NCBI GenBank assembly: GCA_018819225.1
Contig: JAHJQN010000004.1
Span: forward strand, 273,715 to 337,714
Origin: Candidatus Micrarchaeota archaeon
GTDB taxonomy: Archaea; Micrarchaeota; Micrarchaeia; Norongarragalinales; SBBD01
Direction of reading: 5' to 3'
DNA: 64,000 bases
In this document: positions 28,492 through 38,295 of the stretch, piece after piece
Layout of the letters: each line of letters begins with the position of its first letter
Position numbering within the stretch: the first letter of the stretch is position 1
Position numbers and translations under genes: made by a program
Notes under the pieces: model-generated
Databases searched by the model: none
The model's input: only the letters and a program-made list of their open reading frames with translations
What the model was told of the DNA's origin: nothing

Positions 28492-29256
28492 TTACGATCG
28501 CTTTCTATGTTTTTTCAACTCCGCTTTTTCTGCCGTCATCATCAAGCGATACGGGCCGTGCGTCCACTCGGCGGTTTCGAGCACCCGAAACCCTTTTTCC
28601 TTTGCGACCGAACGAAAAACGCGTTGCTGCTCTTGAACGTTTCGGGCTTTCTGGTGGATGCTGAACACGACGCGGTTCACGTTCCGATCCAGCGCGTCCT
28701 GAAAAACATGACTCAGTAAATGCTCCCGCCACTGCCAGTACTTGGATGCCGTGCCCCGGGTCAGCGCGCTGGCATGCTTCTTGATGAAGCTGCCCTCCAG
28801 GTCATGAACCCAAAGGTAGTCAGGGCTTCGTTCGTTTTTCCAAAAGGGTTTCAATAAACGCTTCAGCCAATCCGACGCACGCATCATGCGCATGTCCCGC
28901 ACTTGCACCGTGCCCACCGAGCCGCGCAAGAATCCTCCCGGGGCGCTCGTACGAATCTCCAAAGCACTTGAGGCGAAGGGATACGCGTGTTCGAGCTGGG
29001 GGTAAAATGCAAGCACGCGATTACGGAAGCTGTGTTCTTTCCGACGATTCGTGTCCGTCGGATTCGCGTGTAAATCGAAGTAGAAAAGAGGGAAGGTTCC
29101 GGCTGCTTCTGCAATCAACCCGCGGCCGACTTGTTTCAGTGGCTGAACGGACCAACCACCCGGGGTGATTACCGTTCCTTTCTTCCAGAGATCCTTCACA
29201 AAATGAGTGACGGAGGCGCGAATCCATTCCTCGTTATTGAGCATGTCTTCAAGCAT
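28492..29256 (-). CDS. hypothetical protein (254 aa)
   Basis: ORF only. Confidence 0.4.
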   Translation of the reverse strand: MLEDMLNNEEWIRASVTHFVKDLWKKGTVITPGGWSVQPLKQVGRGLIAEAAGTFPLFYFDLHANPTDTNRRKEHSFRNRVLAFYPQLEHAYPFASSALEIRTSAPGGFLRGSVGTVQVRDMRMMRASDWLKRLLKPFWKNERSPDYLWVHDLEGSFIKKHASALTRGTASKYWQWREHLLSHVFQDALDRNVNRVVFSIHQKARNVQEQQRVFRSVAKEKGFRVLETAEWTHGPYRLMMTAEKAELKKHRKRS

Positions 29257-29391
29257 GGATTTGCGCGATTATTAAGCCGCGTGGGTGCAGGATAAGCAGG
29301 CCACCCCAAACCTTTTTATTGCCACTAATAGTGTATGATTGGCTTCCTAGACCCCAGATATTGTGGGTTCGGGAATGGAGGATGGCAACGC

Positions 29392-29847
29392 ATGAAATGC
29401 CCGTATTGCGGACACGCGGACAGCAGCGTACTGGATTCCCGGGACGCCGAAGATTTCGAGATCACGCGTCGGAGAAGAGAATGCAGCAAGTGCGGCAAGC
29501 GGTTTACGACTTACGAGCGCGTCGAAATGGTGAACTTGCTCGTGCACAAGAAGGATGGGAAAAGCCAGCAATTTGAGCGAAATAAACTGGAAGGGGGTAT
29601 TGTGCGGGCGTGCGAAAAACGGCCCGTCACCCGAGAACGCATCGGGCAATTGGTGGACGAAATCGAACGCGAGCTACGGCGCAAGAAAAGCACGGAAATC
29701 GCGAGCAAGGAAATCGGGGAAATCGTGATGCGCAAGCTCAAAACAATCGACAAGGTCGCGTATATTCGATTTGCCTCCGTCTACCGGGAATTTGCGGACG
29801 TCGAGGACTTTGAAGACGAATTGCATAAACTCTTGAAGAGGAAATGA
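29392..29847 (+). CDS. nrdR: transcriptional repressor NrdR (zinc ribbon + ATP-cone)
   Basis: MKCPYCG...RRRECSKCGKRFTTYERVE zinc ribbon followed by an ATP-cone. 4-nt gap to nrdJ. The start is 29392; the ORF track starts upstream. Confidence 0.8.
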   Translation: MKCPYCGHADSSVLDSRDAEDFEITRRRRECSKCGKRFTTYERVEMVNLLVHKKDGKSQQFERNKLEGGIVRACEKRPVTRERIGQLVDEIERELRRKKSTEIASKEIGEIVMRKLKTIDKVAYIRFASVYREFADVEDFEDELHKLLKRK

Positions 29848-29851
29848 ACGC

Positions 29852-32026
29852 GTGAAATCCATTCAACGCATCAGGAAACGCGACGGCAGCATCGTTCCAT
29901 TCAATAACCAACGCATTGAAAACGTCATTTTTAATGCGGCGCAATCCGTGGGCGGCAAGGACCGGAAGATGGCCGAAAAACTGGCGGGAAAAGTCGTGGA
30001 AGAGTTGGTCAAGCGTTTCGATGAAACGCGTATTCCCGCCGTGGAAGACGTTCAAGATACCGTTGAAAAAATTCTGATCGAAAACGGGCACGCCGCCACC
30101 GCGAAAGCATTCATATTATACCGCGAGAAACGACGCGAAATGCGTCAAACGAAAATGGAGGTGGCAGGCAAGCCGTTCAAGAGCCCGATCAGCGTCAACG
30201 CCATGCACATTCTCAAGGAACGCTATTTGTTGAAGGATGCGGAGGGGACGGTAATGGAAACGCCCGACGAGATGTTTCAACGCGTCGCGCGAGATGTATC
30301 GCAAGCGGATGCGTATTACGGTGCGAATGAAAGCCAGCGAAAACAAACCGAGGAGCGTTTTTACATGCTCATGCAGCGCTTAGTGTTCCTCCCAAGTACG
30401 CCGACGTTGATGAACGCGGGGACGTCACAACGCATGTTGAGTACGTGCTCCGTGATCCCCGTCGAGGATTCCATGGACAGCATATTCAGCGCCTTGAAAG
30501 CCGGGGCGCTAACGCATCAAGCCGGGGGCGGCACCGGATATGCATTCTCTCGTATTCGTCCGAAGAAGGACCGCGTGCGGGGCAAGCACGGGGTAGCGAG
30601 CGGACCCGTATCATTCTTACACGTGTTCGACGCCAGTTCGGACGCGATTCGGCAAGGAGGAAAACGTCGAAGCGCCAACATGGGCGTGTTACGAGTCGAC
30701 CACCCCGATATTCTGGAATTCATTTCCATCAAACACAACGGAAATCAATTGCAGAGCTTCAATTTATCCGTCGGATTAACGGACGCGTTCATGAATGCTT
30801 TAAAGAAGAAAACGGAGTACGCCCTCGTTAACCCACGAAACCAAAAAGAAGCGGGGAAGATGAATGCGGAAGAAGTGTGGCAGCACTTGGTGAGCGAAGC
30901 ATGGCTGACGGGAGATCCCGGCGTCATATTCTTGGATGAGATCAATCGAACGAACCCGACGCCTGCGCTGGGACGCATTGAAGCCACGAACCCGTGCGGG
31001 GAAGCGCCGCTTTTGGCCTACGAGCCGTGTCCTTTGGGCAGCATCCGCGTCTCGTCCTTTGTGGATCAGAAAGAATTGAATTGGAAGGAATTGAAAAAAG
31101 CCGTTCATGATGCGATTCACTTTTTAGATAATGTGATTGATCGGACGCAATACCCCTTGCCGCAAATGGGTGCGATGACGCGAGGCAACCGAAAAATTGG
31201 GTTAGGCATCATGGGATTCGGCGATCTCCTGTACATGATGCGCATACCCTACAATTCAACAGAAGGGATCGCATTCGCCGAAAAACTGATGGCATTCATT
31301 TCCATGGAAGCGGACGCGGCATCTGAAAAACTGGCCGTAAAACGCGGCGCATTTCCGAACTGGCGTAAAAGCGTTTATTCAGCGAAGGGAAGAAAGCTGA
31401 GAAACGCGACGCGTACCTGCATTGCGCCGACGAGAACCATCGGAATGATTGCGGATTGCTCTCCGGGAATCGAACCCGTTTACGCGTTAAGTTACGAGAA
31501 GCACGTACTGGAAGGAGATCGATTGCGATACGCGAACCCGCTTTTCGAGGAAGCCGTTCAAGAAAAAGGGCATGATCTCCCGAACGTCTTAAAACAAATT
31601 TCGGCTACCGGAAGCTCCAAAGGAGTGCGCGGTTTGTCCCCTGCATTGAAACGCGTGTTCGTTACGGCACGGGGTATCGCACCGGAATGGCACGTACGCA
31701 TGCAGGCCGCGTTCCAGAAGCATACGGACCTCGGCGTATCAAAAACCATCCACTTCGCTCATTCCGCTACCCCGAATGAGGTAGGGAAGGCGATGCGTCT
31801 CGCATACGAATTGGATTGCAAGGGCATTGCCGTCCATCGAAACCAAAATCGGCTGGATCAAGTGCTTCAAACGGGTTCCGACGAGGAACCGGTAATGGAA
31901 AGAACGGAAGATAAGGAAATCAGCGAAGAAAAACGAGAACCGTGTCCGAACTGTCGGAATGTTATAGTTTACAGGGGGAATTGTGCCACCTGCAATAAAT
32001 GCGGGGCGGTATTCTGCGTATCGTGA
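29852..32026 (+). CDS. nrdJ: class II (adenosylcobalamin-dependent) ribonucleotide reductase
   Basis: N-terminal ATP-cone, RNR catalytic core (NPCGE, active-site Cys/Glu pattern), C-terminal zinc ribbon CPNCRN...CATCNKCG; 724 aa. Confidence 0.85.
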   Translation: MKSIQRIRKRDGSIVPFNNQRIENVIFNAAQSVGGKDRKMAEKLAGKVVEELVKRFDETRIPAVEDVQDTVEKILIENGHAATAKAFILYREKRREMRQTKMEVAGKPFKSPISVNAMHILKERYLLKDAEGTVMETPDEMFQRVARDVSQADAYYGANESQRKQTEERFYMLMQRLVFLPSTPTLMNAGTSQRMLSTCSVIPVEDSMDSIFSALKAGALTHQAGGGTGYAFSRIRPKKDRVRGKHGVASGPVSFLHVFDASSDAIRQGGKRRSANMGVLRVDHPDILEFISIKHNGNQLQSFNLSVGLTDAFMNALKKKTEYALVNPRNQKEAGKMNAEEVWQHLVSEAWLTGDPGVIFLDEINRTNPTPALGRIEATNPCGEAPLLAYEPCPLGSIRVSSFVDQKELNWKELKKAVHDAIHFLDNVIDRTQYPLPQMGAMTRGNRKIGLGIMGFGDLLYMMRIPYNSTEGIAFAEKLMAFISMEADAASEKLAVKRGAFPNWRKSVYSAKGRKLRNATRTCIAPTRTIGMIADCSPGIEPVYALSYEKHVLEGDRLRYANPLFEEAVQEKGHDLPNVLKQISATGSSKGVRGLSPALKRVFVTARGIAPEWHVRMQAAFQKHTDLGVSKTIHFAHSATPNEVGKAMRLAYELDCKGIAVHRNQNRLDQVLQTGSDEEPVMERTEDKEISEEKREPCPNCRNVIVYRGNCATCNKCGAVFCVS

Positions 32027-32032
32027 GAGCGA

Positions 32033-32422
32033 ATGAAATTTTACTTTTTGGTACTCGCCGTTCTTTTGATAGGATGCATTCAACCGCCTCCACCCGAATC
32101 AACCGAAGAATGGATTGCTGTGACCATCGTGATCGATAACGGAACGCTATCGAAAACGGTTATGGATGAAGTGATACCGGGAACGACGGCGTTGGAAGCG
32201 TTCCAGAAAGTGGCGATTCTGCATACGAGAGACTATGGAAACTTGGGAGCGTATATTGATGGAGTCGATGGATTGATGGAGAATGCGGGCGGGAACGGAA
32301 AGTTCTGGCAATATTACGCGGATGGGGAGTACGCGAAAATCGGGGTTTCGCAGTACCCGATTCGCGAGCCGGTGACACTGGTACTCAAGTACGAGTCCCA
32401 ACAAACGCAGGAATTCGAATAA
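32033..32422 (+). CDS. DUF4430-like (BtuG/transcobalamin-like) lipoprotein
   Basis: Lipobox-like LLIGC. The C-terminal FWQYYADGEYAKIGVSQYPIREPVTLVLKYE resembles the DUF4430 signature. Confidence 0.45.
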   Translation: MKFYFLVLAVLLIGCIQPPPPESTEEWIAVTIVIDNGTLSKTVMDEVIPGTTALEAFQKVAILHTRDYGNLGAYIDGVDGLMENAGGNGKFWQYYADGEYAKIGVSQYPIREPVTLVLKYESQQTQEFE

Positions 32423-32423
32423 A

Positions 32424-33077
32424 CTAGTTTAACCAGTTCAACGCAGCTGCCCATGCTCCGCGTTCGGACAGCACGCGACTGGGGCCGTAACTCAATACCA
32501 ATGCATCGCCGTTCTGGGCGGAAATGGAGTCCAGAAGCGATTTCGCTAACGGATCGCCCGACGATTCACGCGTACCCGGAAAGAACAGCCGGTTCTTCTC
32601 AACGACTAAAACGGTTGCGCCCAACGCGCCTTCACGGATTGCGGCATCGCGTTCCTCCAAACCCCGTTTAACCACCGACGCGGCTCCGGAAACCATCAAA
32701 CCATAAGCCGGCAAATGAAACGTCAACGGGCTTTTCGGTGCATCTCCCATCCAACGCAATTTTTTCATCATCCGATACCAATACGATGACCCTTTTGGAG
32801 TCAAACGGCAACCGGCCTTAGTCATACGTACAAAGCCCTCGCGGGAAAGAATGCCGAGCAGAGTCCGCATGGATCCTTCCCCGACTCCCAGACGTTCACT
32901 CAAACGTTTTCTACCCAATGATTCAAGAGAAATGAGTCTCAGAGCACGTAAAAGATCGACGCCCACGAAAGCGGGGCGCGGGCCATACGCGCTCGGAACC
33001 GCCTTTTTGATGAGAGAAGAGAGCATGAAGGGGTTGGATGGAAAAAGGAATATAAAGATGTTGGATGATACATCCAA
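32424..33077 (-). CDS. HTH-domain protein, hypothetical
   Basis: LRALRLISLESLGRKRLSERLGVGEGSMRTLLGILSREGFV looks like a wHTH; the C-terminal domain is unassigned. Confidence 0.35.
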   Translation of the reverse strand: MDVSSNIFIFLFPSNPFMLSSLIKKAVPSAYGPRPAFVGVDLLRALRLISLESLGRKRLSERLGVGEGSMRTLLGILSREGFVRMTKAGCRLTPKGSSYWYRMMKKLRWMGDAPKSPLTFHLPAYGLMVSGAASVVKRGLEERDAAIREGALGATVLVVEKNRLFFPGTRESSGDPLAKSLLDSISAQNGDALVLSYGPSRVLSERGAWAAALNWLN

Positions 33078-33089
33078 CCCGAGATTCTC

Positions 33090-34667
33090 ATGGATTGGAA
33101 AAGTTTCGGCGCAGTCTTTGTCGCGCTTTTTTCGCTGGCTTCAGCCGGCGCCTTGGAGAATGCAACCGAATGGCTTTCCATTCACCAGAACCCGGACGGA
33201 AGCTGGGGAAACTTCAATTGTTGGGAGCCGCTTTGCACGCCGTGGGCTTCGCATGCGCATCAGAACACGTACGGAAACACGAGCAATTTTTCCTCTGCAC
33301 TCGTCTGGATGATCAGCGATCTGGAAAACGGGGAATCGTGGAGCTGGGCCGAAGCGGATATCCCGGGAGCGGAATTGTACGCGATTGCGCGGTCCGGTAA
33401 TTTCTCGGACTTGAATCTCACGAACGTTTCAACTCGATTAAGGGGCATGCAAGCGGATAACGGGGGTTTCTCGGGCTGGTGGACGGAAAACGGAACGATT
33501 GCAGATAGCGTGGACACCGTGTTTGCACTACGAGGGCTCATGGCCGCCAACGAAATCAATGAAAGCAACGTCTCTTCCGCCACACAGTTTTTGCTTTCTC
33601 TTCAAAACGGGGACGGGAGCTTCAACCATTCTCTTGAAATCGCGGAAACCAACCTGAGTTCCCTGGGTCCTGACCGCGCGACCACCACCGCTCTCTCCGT
33701 AATCGCATTATTGGAAAGTGGTTTGAACGCCTCGGATTCATCCATCCAAAACGCGTCCCGATTCTTAAAGGAAGAAGCGCGTGCGTGTTTCGGGGAAAAC
33801 GGTCACGGCTACACCGCTTCATGGAGCGCGCAAGCGCTTTATTCAATAGGAGAAGAGGAATACGCGGAAGCCATCCTGCGATATTTAACGACGCTTCAGA
33901 ACGTGGATGGAGGGTTCCGCGACAGCTACCGGACCGGAAACGAGTCCAATGCGCTGGATACCGGACTAGCCATTTTGGCGCTGACTCAAAATCATTCATC
34001 GAACGGGTCCGTTTGTTTCCCGTTAGAGACGCCGATCCTTTCGTTCATTCAAACGCTTTACCCGGGAGAGCAGCAAAACATCTCCGTAAACGTTTCTGAA
34101 ATCCCGCTTTCGATCACGGGAAATATAACGACGCCGGAAAATGCGACGCACAACCTTTCCTTCACGTTCAATGCCAACCGTTCGCAATATACTGCCTTAT
34201 TCAATGAAACAAACGGAACCGGAAATTACGTTCTCGACGTGCGAGTAGATTATATTGGCAATACATTCGAACTCGAGGGGACATTTCAAGTGGAAATGCA
34301 GCCGACTCCCACGCCCGAACCGCCTCCCGTGCCCACGAATCCGCCAGTGTACAACACCGGGTATTATAGCAACCCGTACTTGACGCCGACGAGCACACCG
34401 ACGCCAACCAATACTCCAACACCTACCCCTCGAATCCCGTTCGTTTCCATTGTGAATGAGACGACAACCCCTATTCCGTCCGCAACTTGGGCTCCGACCA
34501 ACAAACCGACTTCGAGTCCCTCACCATCCATCGATCCGTCACCCACACTTCAACAGACCACGGGTTTAGTCGGTGCAGGATACGATTGGGGATACGGACT
34601 CGTGTTCATGGCAATGATTTTATTAATCGCTGGCATCTTTCTGGTACGCAAGCAGGTGAATCCGTGA
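33090..34667 (+). CDS. surface glycoprotein with prenyltransferase/terpene-cyclase-like alpha/alpha-toroid repeats and C-terminal TM anchor
   Basis: Signal peptide and repeats of the form Q..(N/D)GS(W/F) (NPDGSWGNF, QADNGGFSGWW, LQNGDGSF, LQNVDGGF). At least 25 N-glycosylation sequons, a Pro/Thr linker and a C-terminal TM + K anchor. Confidence 0.55.
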   Translation: MDWKSFGAVFVALFSLASAGALENATEWLSIHQNPDGSWGNFNCWEPLCTPWASHAHQNTYGNTSNFSSALVWMISDLENGESWSWAEADIPGAELYAIARSGNFSDLNLTNVSTRLRGMQADNGGFSGWWTENGTIADSVDTVFALRGLMAANEINESNVSSATQFLLSLQNGDGSFNHSLEIAETNLSSLGPDRATTTALSVIALLESGLNASDSSIQNASRFLKEEARACFGENGHGYTASWSAQALYSIGEEEYAEAILRYLTTLQNVDGGFRDSYRTGNESNALDTGLAILALTQNHSSNGSVCFPLETPILSFIQTLYPGEQQNISVNVSEIPLSITGNITTPENATHNLSFTFNANRSQYTALFNETNGTGNYVLDVRVDYIGNTFELEGTFQVEMQPTPTPEPPPVPTNPPVYNTGYYSNPYLTPTSTPTPTNTPTPTPRIPFVSIVNETTTPIPSATWAPTNKPTSSPSPSIDPSPTLQQTTGLVGAGYDWGYGLVFMAMILLIAGIFLVRKQVNP

Positions 34668-35209
34668 ACTCCATTTCCAGTATAATCAAATTCATCATCG
34701 GCATCGTGTTCACGATGTTGTTTCGATTGCTGCACATGCCGCTGCCGAACCTGGAACCCATCATGGGTACCACGATTCCGTTCGCGCGGAAAATGGGTAA
34801 GTACGCCGGAATGACGTTTGCGTTCCTCGCATTGGTTTCCTTCGACTTCATTACCGGACGAATCGGAGCATGGACCGTTTACACGGGAATCGCTTATTCC
34901 GCCGTCGGTTATTTCGCTGCCGGTTATTTTGCTAAAAGAAAATTGAAGCTCAAGAACACGATTCCGTTTGCCGTGGGAGCGACATTGTTCTATGATGCTT
35001 TGACCGCGGTACTGTTCGGATGGCAGTTCGGTCAACCGCTGAGTATTACGATGATGGGCCAAATACCGTTTACGCTTTACCACCTGCTCGGGAACATCGC
35101 GGCCGTTGGGATTTTGACACCCCTCATCAACTCGGCGATTGTCGAAAACAAGGCGTTGGATGCCGTTTTAGATCGCTGGATTCAAGGAGTTAAAACCGCA
35201 GTCTCGTAA
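34664..35209 (+). CDS. membrane protein (possibly ECF S-component-like)
   Basis: Five or six TM helices. The start is a putative GTG overlapping the upstream stop; the ORF track's 34487 start overlaps the previous gene. Confidence 0.35.
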   Translation: MNSISSIIKFIIGIVFTMLFRLLHMPLPNLEPIMGTTIPFARKMGKYAGMTFAFLALVSFDFITGRIGAWTVYTGIAYSAVGYFAAGYFAKRKLKLKNTIPFAVGATLFYDALTAVLFGWQFGQPLSITMMGQIPFTLYHLLGNIAAVGILTPLINSAIVENKALDAVLDRWIQGVKTAVS

Positions 35210-35239
35210 GGCTTAAATACTTAGAAAAGTAATATTCCG

Positions 35240-35506
35240 TTGAGGAGGCCTATGTTTAAAATAAAGTCAATGACCCTAGAAGTACTCAAACCAAGCGAGT
35301 TGCAAACCATCGAATTGCTGAGAGCACTCGAAAAGGTTCCGAATGCGACACGAGTGGAAATCTCGTTAACCGATTTCGAGCGCAACACGGAAACCTTGAA
35401 AGTGATCGTGGAAGGGCAAGGCGTCAATCCGGACAAGCTCGCAAAAGTCATTCATGATTACGGCGGGGTTGTCCAGAACATCCAGCACGTGCTGGGAGAA
35501 CGGTAA
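35240..35506 (+). CDS. DUF211-like small archaeal protein
   Basis: 88 aa, with the family pattern (LEVLKP...VEISLTDFERNTETLKVIVEGQGVNPDKLAKVIHDYGGVV). Confidence 0.45.
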   Translation: MRRPMFKIKSMTLEVLKPSELQTIELLRALEKVPNATRVEISLTDFERNTETLKVIVEGQGVNPDKLAKVIHDYGGVVQNIQHVLGER

Positions 35507-35512
35507 CGAGAA

Positions 35513-36064
35513 ATGCTCGAACGCATCCAACGTTTTTTCTCCCATGCTAGATACATCACGCTCGGAATGATGGATGGAGGGCTGGCCACGTTAAGTGTCG
35601 TAACCGCAGCGTATTTTACCAGTATTGAGAGCACGACGGCGTTGATACGCGTTCTGTTAGGAGTAGCCATTGGAATCTCTGCATCCAATTTCTCAGGAGC
35701 TTATTTAGCGGAACAAGCAGAAATCAACAAGGATCGAAGGAAAATCGAGCGGTCCATGGGTTTGAAATCCGGGCATTTACAGCATACGCTATTAGGCTAT
35801 CAACTGAGAAAGAAAGTCATTATTCGGGCACTCACCAATAGCGGGGCCGCGTTTCTCGGAGTACTGATCAGCATTCTCCCCTTATTGTTTTTCCCGTATT
35901 ATTCCGGAATCTTTGGCTCGATTCTCGTTTCCATGGGCCTATTGTTTTTACTAGGAGTCTATTTAGGCCACTACAACAAGACGGACTTGTTCTTGAACGG
36001 AGTGAAAGTATTGTTGATCGCATTACTTGTACTCGTGGTCAACGTACTGATTTCGTACGTTTAA
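35513..36064 (+). CDS. VIT1/CCC1-family membrane protein
   Basis: GMMDGGLATLSVVTAAYFT...ISASNFSGAYLAEQAE matches the VIT-family N-terminal motif (DG.vs..s...G.....ls.a.GEY.S..sQ). Confidence 0.55.
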   Translation: MLERIQRFFSHARYITLGMMDGGLATLSVVTAAYFTSIESTTALIRVLLGVAIGISASNFSGAYLAEQAEINKDRRKIERSMGLKSGHLQHTLLGYQLRKKVIIRALTNSGAAFLGVLISILPLLFFPYYSGIFGSILVSMGLLFLLGVYLGHYNKTDLFLNGVKVLLIALLVLVVNVLISYV

Positions 36065-36065
36065 A

Positions 36066-36536
36066 TTACTCTCTCATATTGATGACCAAATCCGCCGTGT
36101 TCTTGAGCGCGGACGAAAAATCGGGCTCCGTTCCCACGACAATGGTTTCTTTGCCGTGCTTTTTCGCAATCGTCAGAAGAGGCTTGTAATCCGAATCGCG
36201 GGAAACCACGACAATCACCTCGATATTGGGATTAAACACGGATTCCGTGGCATGAACCGCCAACGCCACGTCAACGTCCGAAGGAACGATAATCACTTCA
36301 TATCCTTGATTGGTGACGGCTTCAATGAGTTTGTCGGAAGCGTATTGATCCAAGAACACTTTCGCGACTTTAATGGTGCCGTGCTTCTGCAACCTCTTCC
36401 GCACTTTACCGAGATCAATACCCAACTCCTTGCGAATCATGTTCGGGCCATCCACAAAACACGCCAAGCCTTTCTCGCGCTTGGCTTTCGCTACCATCGA
36501 CTTGAACTGGTCTAACACATTCGGCATCAAAACCAC
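36066..36536 (-). CDS. NYN/LabA-like nuclease-domain protein
   Basis: FVDGPN...VFLD...VPSDVDVALAVHA...VVVSRDSDYKPL...VVG matches the NYN pattern. Confidence 0.6.
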   Translation of the reverse strand: MVLMPNVLDQFKSMVAKAKREKGLACFVDGPNMIRKELGIDLGKVRKRLQKHGTIKVAKVFLDQYASDKLIEAVTNQGYEVIIVPSDVDVALAVHATESVFNPNIEVIVVVSRDSDYKPLLTIAKKHGKETIVVGTEPDFSSALKNTADLVINMRE

Positions 36537-36678
36537 CTATCAAAATAATCAAAGGGAATAAAGGCCATGTTACCAGCGAACTATTTAAGTGCTTCGGCCA
36601 TCCATGAAAAGGGATTCATCCTTTCAGGAAAAGGGTTAAATACGGCGCAAGCGTAATGCGGGAAGAGGGAAACGCGTT

Positions 36679-37431
36679 ATGGAGAAAACCACCAGCGGCA
36701 TATATGGACTCGACCCCTTATTGGGCGGCGGATTGCCTACGCGGCGAACCATCCTCGTGTCCGGAGCATGCGGAACCGGTAAAAGCATTTTTTCCATGCA
36801 ATTTCTGTACCGCGGCGTACTCGAAACCGAAGAACCAGGCGTATTCGTGAGCTTCGATGAAATGCCGGATAAGATTCGCGCCGACATGCTCAACTTCAAG
36901 TGGAATCTGAAGGAATTGGAAGACAATGAGCTGTTGGCGATTGTGGATGCGACGTCGGCGCGAGCCGGTGTCCCCAGCGAAGAAGAACATGCGATTCTAC
37001 CCGGCCAACTCGAACTCGACAAATTGTTGGTCGACATATTGGGTGTTGCGCGGTCCATTGGCGCCAAACGATTGGTGATTGACTCGATTCCCGCCATGGC
37101 CGCTCAATTAGATACCGAGGCCGCGATCCGTAAAGCGATTCTGAAAATCTCATACATTCTGTCGCGATCGGGACTCACGAGCATCATTACCTCCGAAATT
37201 CCGGAGCAAACGTTGGGTAGCGGCACCTCCATGCAGTTCTCAAAATACTCCGTGGAGGAATACGTGGCGGATGGCGTGATCCTGCTCAACTTTTTAGGAG
37301 TGGGAAGCGGGGCCACGCGCACGCTTTACATCCGAAAAATGAGGGGCTCCGCGCACAGTATGGAAATCCATCCCATGGAAATCTCGGATAAAGGCATTAC
37401 CGTCAAGAAAGTAGAGGATGTCTTCAAATAA
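36679..37431 (+). CDS. KaiC/RecA-superfamily ATPase (single KaiC domain)
   Basis: GIYGLDPLLGGGLP...ILVSGACGTGKSIF Walker A; 250 aa. Confidence 0.75.
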   Translation: MEKTTSGIYGLDPLLGGGLPTRRTILVSGACGTGKSIFSMQFLYRGVLETEEPGVFVSFDEMPDKIRADMLNFKWNLKELEDNELLAIVDATSARAGVPSEEEHAILPGQLELDKLLVDILGVARSIGAKRLVIDSIPAMAAQLDTEAAIRKAILKISYILSRSGLTSIITSEIPEQTLGSGTSMQFSKYSVEEYVADGVILLNFLGVGSGATRTLYIRKMRGSAHSMEIHPMEISDKGITVKKVEDVFK

Positions 37432-37451
37432 TCGTTTTCCTGAAACGGATT

Positions 37452-38183
37452 CTAGGAAGGACAAGCGGCCATCAATTTCTCGGTTAAATACGCGATGGGT
37501 TCCGTTTCCATTTGCAGCAATAGCGACTCCTGCAACTTATGATCAATGAATACCATGACGCGGTATTGATCGTCATGACAGAAGAACATCGCCGATTGAC
37601 CTAAGCTGAACGGAGAAGGAACGTACTCGCTGTATAACGAGACGTAGTACGGCCGGGCATCCAAAACACCTTCGCGGCGATAAAACGTGGATGCCGGTTT
37701 GTGTTCATACCGCAATTGCATTCCAAATTTCGCGGCCTGATTAATATCCGTTCCTCCAACGGCGATTGAAACCGTCACGTCATGCTCGACTCCAAACTCG
37801 CGCGCATTATTCAAGCGGTCCGCATCCCACATGTCCATGGAAAAGGGAGCGTAATCTACCGTGAACGGCGGGAGGGCCTCGTTGCCAATATCCTCGAGTT
37901 CGGCCGTGATCGTGAAAAGGATCTCGCTGACATTGTACGTGGGCACGGGAGTCGGCGTACTCGTAATATACGCTTGCTCGGTAGGAGTCACGTTCGGGGC
38001 ATCCGTTGGAATCCATGTGGGTTCTTCCGTGGGTTCCGGAACCTCGGAAGGAGTAGGCTCAGGAGTGGATGCGGGAGTCACGGTTAACGCGGGCGTTGAA
38101 GTCGGTACCGGTTCCGGAGGCGCCTGAGTGCAACCCATGATCAGAAAAGCGATAAGTAATAGTGATACGAGCACTTGTTTCAT
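37452..38183 (-). CDS. secreted lipoprotein-like hypothetical protein
   Basis: Signal + LIMGC lipobox-like motif, Pro/Thr-rich linker. Confidence 0.45.
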   Translation of the reverse strand: MKQVLVSLLLIAFLIMGCTQAPPEPVPTSTPALTVTPASTPEPTPSEVPEPTEEPTWIPTDAPNVTPTEQAYITSTPTPVPTYNVSEILFTITAELEDIGNEALPPFTVDYAPFSMDMWDADRLNNAREFGVEHDVTVSIAVGGTDINQAAKFGMQLRYEHKPASTFYRREGVLDARPYYVSLYSEYVPSPFSLGQSAMFFCHDDQYRVMVFIDHKLQESLLLQMETEPIAYLTEKLMAACPS

Positions 38184-38295
38184 TGAAATCCCTCCAATAT
38201 AGTGGATGGTGCGACACTATTAAAAACAATCGTATGCGCCGAGACGTTTTTTCAAGAGATAACATTTATTATCGCGAACGCGCACAAACGATACA

